This document shows, piece by piece, positions 52,300-64,000 of a stretch of DNA of 64,000 nt. How positions within the stretch are numbered: the stretch's first letter is position 1; each line of letters opens with the position of its first letter. This DNA comes from Camelus ferus (taxonomy: Eukaryota). The translations under genes were made by a program, and so were the position numbers. The DNA lies in NCBI RefSeq assembly GCF_009834535.1, contig NC_045705.1:10106001-10170000 (forward strand). Direction: 5' to 3'. The notes under the pieces are model-generated. The model was given only the letters and a program-made list of their open reading frames with translations, was not told the DNA's origin and did not search any database.

Positions 52300-53000
52300 T
52301 GTAATGTAGGTTGCTGAGCCTTGGAATCAAAAGTTGTGGTATCTACTCCCACCAGTCACTCTGGTTCATACAGTTGGGTTGAACTAACTGAATTAGACAA
52401 AACTGAAAAAGAATCAAATGCAGAGAAAGAAAAGATCAAATTTTAGAATTTATTTTTAAATTTATGTAAAATAGCCAAGTAGAAATGCCAAATAGGAAAT
52501 TGAATAAGGACATTCTGGCTCAGAAAATAGAAGTCTAAATTGGAACTATTTGAGATCATCAGACTATGGAGAGCAACAGTAATAGATCAAAGTGTAGGAT
52601 GGGAAAGGAAGAGAGCTCTGATTATACCCTAAAGAATTCAAATATTTATGCATTAATTGAGAAGGAAAAGCTGAGAAAGAAAATGGAGAAGAAGGAACCA
52701 AGAGAATGTATTGTTACGGAAACCAAGATAACAATGATGCACTTTTATTTTCCTTTGGACATTAACAGTGTGACTACTAAGGTGAGATGTGTAACCAAAA
52801 ACCCATTGATTTTGTCAACATAGCAGAAGCCATAAAAGAGCAGGCTGTGGGTGAATCGGAATCAGGGAGTAAAGACAATATATTTGTACAACTTTTTTGA
52901 GAGATGCTGGACAGTGAAGACAAGCCAAGAGGTATGATGTTAACTGGAAGAGAATGTGGAATCAAAGGAGAGATTTTGTGTGTTTATTTCTAGGTAAGGG
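52300..53000 (-). mobile_element. L2 relic
   Basis: attgagatcatcagactatggagag...gagaaggaaccaagagaatgtattgttacggaaaccaag...ggacattaacagtgtgactactaaggtgag. Confidence 0.75.
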
Positions 53001-53079
53001 TACAGTAGGGAAAGTGCTTAAGCCAGAACATAGGGCACAGTAAGCACTCAATACGTGACAGTTGTGATCGTCACCACCA

Positions 53080-53340
53080 TCGTGAACAACATGTTATCTA
53101 GAGCCTGTGGAATTAATTGGTAAAAGGTTAATAACAATGTGTACCGAGGGCTGCACTAGTCACTTCAAATAGTAATGTTAATAACAATACTCATTATTTA
53201 AACCAACCAATCCCATGAAGTAGCTACGGTTTCCCACATTTATAAACAAGGTATTATGCTGAGAGAATTTACCAAATAATTGATAGCTAGGTGAGTAGAA
53301 GAGTCGGAATTTCACTTTTCATCTGTCAAATTTCAAAGCC
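53080..53340 (-). mobile_element. MIR SINE relic
   Basis: aatcccatgaagtagctacggtttcccacatttataaacaagg...gctgagagaatttaccaa. Confidence 0.65.
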
Positions 53341-54608
53341 TCTTTCCCTACAGTACATTATTACCCTTAAGGACGAGGTGAGAATTGCTCAGTTTAGTTC
53401 TGTGGTTCTTCCAAAGGCACTCAACCACCACTAAATGTTTCATTTGAAACCAATTCCCGATACTACCAAACTGAATTCATCTCAGCAAATGTATTATTTA
53501 CCAAACAAGTTTCTTGCCCAATTACTAGAAATAAATTATAGATGTGTATGATTTAGCACTAAATGATCCAATCCACATCATTGTTGAGAATTGGTGTTTA
53601 AATGTCGATGTCTTCCTACAAAATTTACAGTGCTTAATTACAGCTTTTCTATAGACAAAGGCTTATAAAATAAGAGGAGGCTTTTGCAAATAGACATGCC
53701 ATAGACTTTCTTATTAATTACTTAACTGAGTCTTTGCTGATGAGGGAAGAAGGACTTCAGAGGGACAAAAGGAAGGGAAAAACTTGATTTTGATATTAAG
53801 AATTCTGTAGTATTTTAATTATTACCTTGTTAATAGAGTTTAAATTGAGATTTGCAAAATGAAAACAAATCACTCTATTAATCTTCTAAGAAATATTGGT
53901 GTTTTTTACTTTTTTCTTTTTCTGGCTAGTCTTCCTAGAGGAAAATAAAAAGTTGAGACAAAAGCTATGACCCAAATTCCCACTCTGACCCTCCAGAATT
54001 CAGCCTTCCCCTGCTTTCTTCGTAAGCTGTCAGCTTCACAGCTGAAGCCTGCAGTGCATGTATCATTAAGAGAGATTCTATTTCCACAGAAAGGACGAAT
54101 CTCTATATGGAACTGTGTGTCAATGGGTCCGGTGGGTTGGTGAGTTATTCACTGTGTCTCTGTTTTAGCTCACTAGTCACCTCTGATCCTGGATTCTAAC
54201 TGGATCTAATGACAACCCAGAAATTCTCCCCTTACCAGCTGAAGGCAGAAAATTCTCTGCAGCATAGCCAAAGCCGTTCAAGCTTGACAGCCTTTGCTGA
54301 AACGAAGCAACTTCTTTGACAGCTGTTCCCTGGCCTGCCACCACCTTCTCTAGTTTAAATCCACACTGCCTGGGTTCTGTGGTTGCTACATACCCTCTGG
54401 AAGAACTCAGTGACTCCCACAGGGCCGAGGGGAGGAACTCAGTTTGGAGTTCTGAATCACTGCAGGATTCAGAAATGAGTAGAACGAATTGAAATGTCGT
54501 GCAATGGCTGTGCTGTTGCTGTTTCCAAATTCTGAGCTTCATTTGGGAGGAGGTCAACCACGCTATGTTTTGGGATTATGGCCTTAGTGACTGACATTTG
54601 TAGTTTAG

Positions 54609-54910
54609 ACACCTGCTGTCCAATATGGTAGCCATTGGCCACATGTGGTAAATAAGCATTTGACATGTGGCTAATTCAAATTGAGATGCTCTGTTGGCAT
54701 AAAGCAAAATTGATTTCAAGGACAGGATGGAGAAAACATGTAAAAGATCCCATTAATATTTTGTAATATTGATTACATGTAGAAATGATAAAATTTTGGA
54801 TCTATGAGGTGAAATAAAATGTGTTTTAAAAATTTTTACTTGTTTTTTTTTTTAATCTTTTCTTAAAATCACACACATGGCTAACATCATATCTTTATTA
54901 CAGAGTACTG
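54609..54910 (-). mobile_element. MER33 hAT-Charlie MITE
   Basis: gctgtccaatatggtagccattggccacatgtgg...attgattacatgtagaaatgataaaattttggat...agtactg. Confidence 0.88.
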
Positions 54911-54994
54911 AGTCATGCATACAAAGAGAAGATTTCTATCCTATATTTATAGGATGACACTCTATGAGATCTGGGACTTTTTATTTTCTAACAT

Positions 54995-55400
54995 CTAGCT
55001 TTTTTCTCCAGCCTCACTGCCTACCTTTCCTTTGTGTACACAGCCCAAGCTTCAGCCCTACCAAAGAATATACAGACCATCAAATGCACTGTGCTTTTTC
55101 ACATCTCTAAATTTCACAAAACTGCTCCTTCTTAAGATATTCTTCTGTTTAGCTAATTCCTGCTCATACTTCAAGACAGCTGAAAGGGACAGAATTCTCT
55201 AGCGCTCCAATTCTGAATGGATGTCCTCTACTGTGCTCTCATTGCCCGCCCCCATTAAATGTCACAAGACTTTTCCTGTTTTATTGTAATTATTTATTTG
55301 TTTGACTTTCTAAGAGACTGTGAGCTAATCAACAACAAAAAAAGAGTTACCTCTTAATTTCCCCTTTTTTCTCCAAAACTTTGGTGGCCTAAGTCATTGC
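54995..55400 (+). mobile_element. L2 3' region
   Basis: ctccagcctcac...tgctcatacttcaagacagctg...gagactgtgagcta...ttgctgaataaatg. Confidence 0.7.
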
Positions 55401-55431
55401 TGAATAAATGCACTTTAGAAAATGAGTATTG

Positions 55432-55888
55432 ACTTTCTCACAGCTTTATAGAGATATAATTGGCATATAACATGACATAAATTAAAGGTGTAAATATGAT
55501 ATACATTCATATTGTGAGATGATTACCATAACAAAGTTAGTTAATGTATCCATTACCCCACATAGTTATCTTTTTTTTTTTTTTTGCTGAGAATTTTTAT
55601 GATCTACTCTCTTAGCAACTTTTCATGTACACAATGCAGTATTGTTAACTACAGTCACCCTGTGGTATATTATATTCTCAGAGCTTATTCACCTTATAAG
55701 ATGAAGTTTATGCCTTTTGACCAATATCTCCCCATTTCTCCCACTACTCCGGCCTTGGGTAACTCCCAATTTACTCTTTGTGTCTATGCGTTTGGCTTTT
55801 TTCATTCCACAAATAAGTGAGACCACACAGTATTTGTGTTTTTATGCTTGACTAACTTCACTTGGCAAAATGCCTTCAAGGTTCATTG
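55432..55888 (-). mobile_element. L1MA9-like 3' UTR
   Basis: cagctttatagagatataattggcatata...atctactctcttagcaacttttcatgtacacaatgcagtattgttaactacagtcacc...ttccacaaataagtgagacc. Confidence 0.92.
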
Positions 55889-57587
55889 AATTTTCAGTAA
55901 TAAATGATTATTGAGCATCTACTGTGAATAGCTGTGAGAAGCAGTTCTCGTATTGAAGCTCCTCTGCACTCACTGTGTTCCCAAAGGGCCAGAGCTGGGC
56001 TTAGAGAAGACCTTGTAGGAAGTGAGGAGACTGTGTTTGAAATCTTATTCTTCAACCTACCACCTGCGTGGTCTCTATGCACTTGTCTCTTTATATATAA
56101 TATAATAGGCACCCTGAGGGTCCACAGAATGGAATTTTAGATCTGCCTCCTACACTGTATTATTAAACTGTAGCAATCATAAATTTTAGCCATTTTCTCC
56201 AATTTTTTCCTTACACGTGTTTGCTCCAATTTCCATTTCTCAATATATATTCCATTCCAAATTCCACTTTCTATTTCTATAAATATATTCTGAGTCTTGT
56301 GGATAATTCCTAAGCTAAGTTTGCTTTGTAAAAATAAATAGGTTTCGAGAGTCAGAAATTCTGCTTAATGCCGAGTTACTGGCAAGGTGTCTGGTAACAT
56401 TATGAAACCTAGTCTTCACTGAAGTGGGAAATTTTACAACTTACGTAACTATCTCATTCAATCATCTGTTCTACATATATTTCTCAGATATTATATCAAG
56501 TATTATTTGGTCTTTTGAGATAGTCCACCTTTTATAAGATCTGCTTAGTCTGATAAAGCTTTTATTTTCCTGCTCCATGTACTCATGTCAATTTGTTAAG
56601 ATTTCAGCAATGGCGATAACTTTCCACCAGACATAAGACTTGCATTTTTTCCCATATGTATCAAGCCAAGGGAGAACAGAACTCAATAAATATATTTCTG
56701 AAAGAATTAAAGTTTTTGCTGATAATACTTGGAATCCTGTGGGGAAGAAATGAACATTTCTTTGTAAATCAGATTTACCACTTTGTTGCTTGTTTTTTTC
56801 TTTTGCTTTTCTTTCTTTTTAATACCAAAAATTCCGAAGGAGTATCTGTTTCAAAGCAAGAGCAAAAGCTCCTGGCCTGGGCTCATGAGAGTTGTGATTT
56901 AAGCTCTCTTCTAGAAAGAAGTCCAATTTTCAATCATTAGTATGTTGACTCCAGGTTTTGTATATTTATAAATACCACTAATCTTGCTTAATCTGGGGGA
57001 AAAAGGGAGAAAGTAGAGGAAGATAGACCAGTTTACCTGCTCCCTCATCTTGGGTAATCTCCACTGATCCAGGATTCAAAACCTTTAAGAGGAATTGGTT
57101 CCATCCCACTCAATATCTAAACATTCATTTAAATGAGTAAAAAATAAAAATTATACAGGGCTAAGGGGGCAGGTGCATAAATAAATAAGTCTGCTACTTA
57201 ACATAATATTGATAAGCATATAGAGGTGGGCTAATATAAAATGTCTCTATATATTGATAGACATTCTTATATATGTTTGTATATATATAACTTCATATCC
57301 ATATATGATATACACATACGTATATACTATAGTAAAAGTACAAAGCCCTGAGTTGGACATATGTGTTAGAGGTCAAAGGAAGAAAAGATTACTTCTACTT
57401 GGACACATCAGGTGACGAGACTTATATACTCCATCTGTTCCCCTCTCTCAGTACGTTTGAGTGATTTTAACTTTTATATTTAACATGGTAAACAGCTTAG
57501 TTATGCCCTATTGTAAAGCACTGGTTTAGTCACACGTAGCAGATGTTATCAAGCTTTTCTCCATCGGCCCCACATGATTATGGGAAG

Positions 57588-57830
57588 CATCTTAGCCTGG
57601 GTCCTCCACAATGCCCGGCTGAGGGAAATCAGAGTAACACAGGGAAGGAGAGGAAGCCAGTCCAAGAGTGGATTACTGAGGCTATCTGATGGCTCACTTC
57701 ATGGGATCATCTTTTAAGAGGCCACAAAGACAGCTTCTCAAGGCCGTGTTGAGGAGGAAGGGAGAAGAGGTCCAGTCTCTCATTTGCCAGTGGTTCAAGA
57801 TCGCCTCCACAAGGCATTATTTCCCCTCAT
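57588..57830. mobile_element. Ancient ERVL-class LTR fragment (LTR16/LTR33-like)
   Basis: tcttagcctgggtcctcca...cagggaaggagaggaagccagtccaagagtggattactgag; subfamily uncertain. Confidence 0.5.
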
Positions 57831-58177
57831 CTGCTTTCTTATCATGAATTGGCTCCAAGCAGCATGCTTTAGCATAGCAAGGTAGCTCCTAAGTAGAAAG
57901 TCAGAGGTCTGCAGAGCAGACAGGAGGCAAGACACTACTTACTGAGTGGCACCCATGTACAATAATTTCAAGTCCATGCAAAGTTGGTCACTACATTGTT
58001 GGCTGAGAATAAAACAAAGAACAAAGGCCTGAAAACAGATAAAATCAAGAAGGTTTTTAAGTGAAATCTTAAGTGATATCTGATACAGGAGAGGTAAAAC
58101 ATTGGAGTTATTTTAATTATTTGCAAATGACTCTGTTTCTCAGCTTTTGACAAGGTGTTTACTTGACTCCTATGATG

Positions 58178-59059
58178 TGTGGGGCATCTGATGGTAAATG
58201 TTTAACAACGACATCTCTGGAGGGGTGTGTGTGGTACAAATTTTACTGATCATAAAATAAATAGAGCACTCAATTTGGAAATAATAATAATAAAAGACAC
58301 AATCCTCCATATTATAAATTCCATATAGCCAATTAACTCTCACAAAATGCCTTCATTGAATTTTGCTGAAATCTTGTTATCATTAGCCAACGTATGGTGG
58401 CAACTGAGTAATCAGTGTATTTCTGATATGAATGGTGACTGAGGTTTTTATTTATGTTAAGATGTTTGACCAAAGTGAAACCAAATAAGTTGTATGTCAG
58501 AACTTTGCTCACCAATCAGTGATGCAAGTAACGACTTAGTTGAATCAGAAAAAAGTTTGAAATACTATACGAATATTTCTTTATATATCGTTGCTTTTCC
58601 CAGTGTGATGGTTACAGATTTAACACACTTCTAAGAATAACTTGAATTAACATTTTCTTCATCATTTTTTAAGTCTAGGCAATAAAAATTAATCTTTGAC
58701 TTTTAGCATGCCAATTTCAATGGTGTAAATGTTCCCACCATGACTAATTTCAAGCTGCCAACATGAGGTCATTGAACATGGAGTTGGGAAAAAAACATGC
58801 TAATATATAGTATATTGATCATATAAATTCTATGGCTGCAAATAGCCTAAAGAGTATAGGAAACAGTACCATGTGGTCAAATAATTACTAATAATTTGCT
58901 TTTAATCAAAAGTTTCTGGTATTTTTTTTTTGAATAATTTCTTTAATGATAAATGTATATAATTTAATTTTTAATAATGGCAGTGCTTAACAAAATGCTA
59001 TTGAAAATTTAACAGTTCTCTTGTGCATATTTTACAAGCTATTGTCAGCATCAACACTG
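58178..59059. mobile_element. MER63-type hAT-Blackjack element
   Basis: Left end tggtaaatgtttaacaac...ctctgg; internal aatggtgtaaatgttcccaccatgactaatttcaagctgccaac; right end gaaaatttaacag...cagcatcaacactg. Confidence 0.75.
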
Positions 59060-59269
59060 GATTATGCCAATAGAATCTCCTAAGATTCTGCTGGTCAATG
59101 ATCTCTGTCATATTTTCAGTTACTCCAGGACTTGTAAAGGGCCCCTGAGCTTACAGTGGTTATAATAGCAACTCTTTGTAAAAAGATCCAGTACAATAAA
59201 GGTGGAAGTTTAATAATGGTGGAGAGAGGAAGATTATGTCACTTCTAACTGAGTATATCAGGAACATGT

Positions 59270-59720
59270 CTGCTTACAAAGGAGGATTTAACTGGGTCTT
59301 GCAGAAGGAGTAGATTTTGGCAGTCAGGAGATGGCATTCCCGATGGAGCGAACAGAATGACACAAGCAGGCTTAGGTGGGTCAGTGTGTGGTGAAGATCC
59401 AGTCTTCCCACGGCAGAGGCCACAAGAAGGCAGGACCAGGAGTAGGCTAGGACCCCAACCGGGAGACTCTGACTTACTGGATGAAGAGGCAAAATAGAAG
59501 CGATTGGGGAGAGCAGGTGACGTGATACGAACTGCACTTAGGAAAGCGTGCACTAGGGATAATGAGACAAGGGACGACAGCGCTGGTCCAGAGAGAAACA
59601 ACAGAGTTGGATAATTACAGATTTCAGAAGCAGTAAGGGACTGAATTAGGATGGCGACAATGGAAGCAAAGGTGGCAGCGTGCAGGGCCATGAGGTGATA
59701 CAAATCAGAGGGTGTTGACA
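59270..59720 (-). mobile_element. L2 relic
   Basis: atttaactgggtcttgcagaaggagtagatttt...ggcattcccgatggagcgaacagaatg...ggagagcaggtgacgtgatacgaactgcacttaggaaa. Confidence 0.7.
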
Positions 59721-59949
59721 TCCGCATGGAACACAAAGTGAATGATGGTTTTTGGGATTATGCCATGTGGTCTTTTAAGACAAAACACTAACGAATTATT
59801 ACTTCTCATGAGATTACATATGAGAGAAAGCAGAAAGCTTAGTTAGGAGGTCAATGCAGTAATCCAGGTGAGAAATGATAGTAACTTAAAAACCCATACC
59901 CTACATGGCTGCTCATTTTTTGTCATGTTCCCAGAGCGCTGTTTGCCCT

Positions 59950-60336
59950 TATTAAGGACTGAATTGTGTGTCCCCAAAGTTCATATGTTGAAATCTTAAC
60001 CCCTAGTACCTCAAAATGTTACTGTATTNNNNNNNNNNNNNNNNNNNNNNNNNNNNNNNNNNNNNNNNNNNNNNNNNNNNNNNNNNNNNNNNNNNNNNNN
60101 NNNNNNNNNNNNNNNNNNNNNNNNNNNNNNNNNNNNNNNNNNNNNNNNNNNNNNNNNNNNNNNNNNNNNNNNNNNNNNNNNNNNNNNNNNNNNNNNNNNN
60201 NCCTAAGCAGGAGCCAACCCTGCTAACACACTGATCTCAGACTTCTAGTCTCCAGATCTATGAGGAAATAAATTTCTGTTGTTTCAGCCACCCTGTTTAA
60301 GGTTCTTTGTTATGGCTTCCCTAGCAAATTAATGTA
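59950..60336 (+). mobile_element. MLT1A-type MaLR solo LTR with a 173-N gap (60029-60201)
   Basis: tattaaggactgaattgtgtgtccccaaagttcatatgttgaaatc ... aataaatttctgttgtttcagccacc...ccctagcaaattaatgta; exact 5-bp TSD gccct at 59945-59949 and 60337-60341. Confidence 0.93.
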
Positions 60337-60709
60337 GCCCTCTGCTGCTGACCAAAACTGCCAATCACAAAAGGTACCCAAACTCTTAGACAAGATAAAG
60401 ATTAATATAATTTTGCTGTCAGAGTTATCATGTTATTTGGAAAGGACACTGGCCTTTGCAATATATAGACAGAGTTTGAATCTTGCATCTGCAATTTCCT
60501 AAATAGGTGAGGCTAGATGCCTTATTTAAATGTCTCTGAGCTTTAGATTTTTAAATCACATCAGAGATGGTAGGACAACCGCCAGCCCAATGTCTGGCAC
60601 AAAATACTCAACCAAAATTAAGTCACTGTCTTAGCCCTTTCTCTTAGTTTTTTGTTCCTAAAAGGCAGTCACAATATTAAACAGGCCTTAAGAAAATGGC
60701 TCTAAAATT

Positions 60710-60940
60710 AGAGTAAACTTGAATCTCAGTTGAATTAATCAAACCTGGGTTCAAATCCTGGCTCTGTCATTGATTTATATCTGTGTTTGGGCAAGTTGCT
60801 TAATCTTTCTAAGCCTTTGTTTCCTTAATTATAAAATTGTCATAAAGTGGTTATGAGGATTAAATGTGATTTTGCATGTGAAATGCTTAGAACAAAGTCT
60901 GGCACATAAAAAAAGGCTCAACAAGTATTGCTGTTATTAA
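60710..60940 (+). mobile_element. MIR SINE, near full length
   Basis: aaacctgggttcaaatcctggctctg...gggcaagttgcttaatc...gaggattaaatg...gcttagaacaaagtctggcacata. Confidence 0.92.
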
Positions 60941-61949
60941 TCATATAGTTTCATAAGTTCTTTTTTTTTTTTTTTTCGTATTTGCCATCACTGATAACCA
61001 GCTCTTCTTAATAGAAACTCTCCCTGTGTTGTTGCCTCCGTTCTTAATTCTTTAGCTAACACCTATGGCTCTCAATTTACATCTCCAGTTAGATATCTGG
61101 AAAATGGTCATTCAACTATTGCCAAGTACTTTTCCAAGAAATTTAAAACTAAAGCTGCTCATTAGATAGGGTGGTGCATTCAGCGTTCAGAGTATTGCTA
61201 CAAAGTACCACCATTTTATTGTCTCTTGAAAACACAATCTGTACCCCTGTTGCTTGTGTAGGCAACTCAAAAAGCAAATTAGAACAGACATAACCTCTGT
61301 CATCAGGGAACTTAATAGCTAAAGCATCTTGATTGGATTTACCCAGTGTTTTAATAAAATCACTCATGGTCCAATTCTCTTGTCCTCATTTTGCTGCTAA
61401 TGAAATCCCAGGATAGTACCAAAAGTGTTGGTTTTTTTTCACTCTGTTGCACTAATGTCTGCTCTTCTCCCTACACTGTAATCCTTTAATCATACCTTTG
61501 GGATACTAGAGTGCAGTAAAGCATTTGGGATTACCTAACCCACAGGAATAACAAGTTATTCTCTGAGGCACATGGAGGCTGCCAGTGTGGCTCATTTCCT
61601 CCCTGGCCCTCAAGATAGCTTTGATTCTACCCAGGCCTCCAGGGGGCACTTCTGGCTGAGAAAAATCCCTGAAATGGGAGTCCTCTCTATTCCTAACTTT
61701 GCATTGCAGGAGCAAGTTAGTTTTAGAAACAATCCTAGGATTCAAGACCATGTTGGGTCATGAACTCGTGGAATTACAAACCAGCTGTGAAGACATGACC
61801 ACAGTCATGCTTTCAGTTTAATAAGAACTCATTCTTTTTGATACAAACATGGTATCTGTCCAGCTTCCAAGAAGCGCCTTAGTGCCATGTCTGTGTGCAG
61901 TCTCTTTCCCTGGCAAGAGGCCCCCCTGCCTGTCTGCTGATCTGAGATG

Positions 61950-62350
61950 AGTACAGGATCCACGTTACACTTACAGCTCTTCAGCCCCCCTGGCCTTGGT
62001 GATTGGCCTAAAGGGCGGAAGTGTTACCTAAACTGCATTTTTTTCTGGTTGGATTTTTTTTAACTCAAGCTAATATTGGGAATCTCTTTATTCTCTGCAA
62101 AAATGTGAGCCAAGAGTGGTCAGTAGACTCATGAAGAAATGAAAAAAGAGAATGATGCCTCCATGAAAAAGAGAGGGACTGAGGTGAAGGGAGTGGATGT
62201 GTCAATACTGGGCTCTGGTTGTTTTTGTTAGTTTCTCCTATACATTCCTGGCTCTCACAATTACCTGAAGTAAATAAATCCCCTTTACTGGTTAAGCTAG
62301 TTTGACTTCAATTTCTATCCATTCACAATGCTAGTGCTCTGACTGGTACC
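61950..62350 (+). mobile_element. Old MaLR LTR (MLT1J/K-like)
   Basis: ccccctggccttggtgattggcc...aataaatcccctttactggttaagctagtttgacttcaatttcta. Confidence 0.7.
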
Positions 62351-62379
62351 CTAATCAAAGTAAGAAACAAAGATACGAT

Positions 62380-63000
62380 AAAAGAATAAGTCACTTCATA
62401 GAGGTGTTAGAACTTTAGTTAAGCCACAAAGGGAGGGTAAAAAAAAAAGCAAATACGTTAGCAGATTATAGAGAATTCCACATATGAAACAGAACCTTAT
62501 GTGGGCTTGAGGGAAGGGACAATGGATGTGAAATATGTCTGTGGTTGTCATCAGTTTTCCTGAATCACAGGGTCCCTGTGGGTTAATATAACAATGGGAG
62601 AAAGCACTAAAATACAGAAAGGTTTCAAAGCCAGGCAGAGAGTTTCAACCTCATGCAGCAGACAATAAAATCATTTTATGTTTCAATCAGGAAAAGTTAC
62701 AAAGTAAAAATTGTATTTAAAAATATTTTGGGGGGGGGAAGAGGTTTGTAGTGATGATTGGAGGCAAGAATAGTGAGAGATCTCATGAGAAGTCAATAAA
62801 GGAATCAATCGTGCAATCAAAAGAGTCTGAAGTAGGAGACAGGCAGCAGAAATGGGGAAGAATGAGGCACTTTTAAGAAGAAAACAGTGTTTGGCATTGT
62901 AGGGAGCCGTGGAGCATAGATCAGCTTTCAGGGTGCAAAGGTAAGATGTGGACGAGGAGGTACAGACAGTCTTTATAAACTGAAAATTCTAGCAAATGGG
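62380..63000 (-). mobile_element. L2 relic
   Basis: aaaggtttcaaagccaggcagagagtttcaac...tttcaatcaggaaaagttacaaag...aaaagagtctgaagtagg. Confidence 0.6.
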
Positions 63001-63820
63001 AGTGTAAGGAAGGAGGTAACCAATCTAAATCAGGTAAATCAACTTTAGCAAGAAACGTACTAACATATTAGGGAAACTTTCGTCTGTGTGATATTTTCAT
63101 TCTTCAGAGTGATATAAAGTGCTATTCACTAAAACAGAATTTACAGAGATTAAACCAGTGGCTATAATTTTAAACTAAATGACTTGACCTGCATTTTACT
63201 GGCAGTTAAACATATTATAACTCCATAATAGCCATGGGAGAATGAGATAGAGATGATTATATCCAATATACAAGTAAATTGAAGTTCAGAAGACTTCAAT
63301 AACTTACTGAAGATCACAAAACTAATAAATATTAGCAGGAGAAATTAGGAATTCTGAAGTCTATCAAATACTTTTTCCATTTTACCAGACAGAAACTTAT
63401 AAATCCCAATTATTATTTTGCCATTAGGAAAATCTACATTATCACTTAGAAGAAAAATAAGAACAGAAAGGAAGAAGTTAACATTGTTTAACATTGCCAG
63501 GGTATTCCTGGAAATTTTTGTAACACTAACAAGAGCTACATGTTCCAGAAGATACTATATTATCATACGTGTAAAAAATAATGAGAAATAAAATGAATAG
63601 CCAAGGAACAAAAGCATGTCAAAATATAAGAAACAATTTACAAATCTAATGTGATGAGATAAATTCAGTCATCCAAGAATTATAATACAGAGAAATGATG
63701 GAAATCAGGGATCATTTAAAATTTACATTTTATTGAAATGAGTCTTCCAAATGGTAAATTCATAATAATTTAAGGTGAGCCCTTGTACAATTTTTTCTCT
63801 TTTAAAACCTCTATATTTTA

Positions 63821-64000
63821 TAAGATCTGAAATCATAAAACTCCTGCAAGAAAACAGAGGCAGGATGCTCTTCATTACTCTAAGCAATTTTTTTTTGGAT
63901 CTGTCTCCTCATGCAAGGGAAACAAAAGCAAAAATAAACCAACGGTACTACATCAAACTAAAGAGCTGGTACACAGCAAAGGAAACCATCAACAAAACGA
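63821..64000 (+). mobile_element. L1 ORF2 C-terminal fragment running off the window end
   Basis: ataagatctgaaatcataaaactcctgcaagaaaac...gggaaacaaaagcaaaaataaac...catcaaactaaagagc...cagcaaaggaaaccatcaacaaaacga. Confidence 0.9.

Noticed and set aside
54177-54557. 126-aa ORF in a moderately GC-rich unique segment
   Set aside because: No homology recognised and no convincing splice or start signals; the region could be regulatory but I found no specific motif evidence.
59570-59595. RE1 right half-site GACAGCGC
   Set aside because: No left half-site at any plausible spacing; inside L2.
59245-59736. 163-aa minus-strand ORF
   Set aside because: Lies in a decayed L2; stop depletion is explained by local GC richness; no protein family recognised.

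Overview
Mammalian (eukaryotic) genomic DNA, AT-rich, very probably from a camelid: two Vic-1-type tRNA-derived SINEs and camelid-style L1 3' ends are recognisable. The window lies inside GRM5 (metabotropic glutamate receptor 5) on the minus strand. It holds one coding exon (second coding exon, starting at 47232, [42 protein letters not shown]...), whose 3' half and donor fall in an N gap. The rest is intron filled with MIR, L2, L3, L1, LTR and hAT relics. All other ORFs in the track look spurious. I found no convincing new biological system. The best leads are regulatory or mutational: a near-consensus RE1/NRSE, an inverted PBX/MEIS + NFI + octamer motif cluster, CpG-gain patches in ancient repeats, possible alternative start/donor signals around the exon, and unusual L1 structures. 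Repeat family names come from recalled consensus sequences, not a database search; boundaries are approximate unless a TSD is given.
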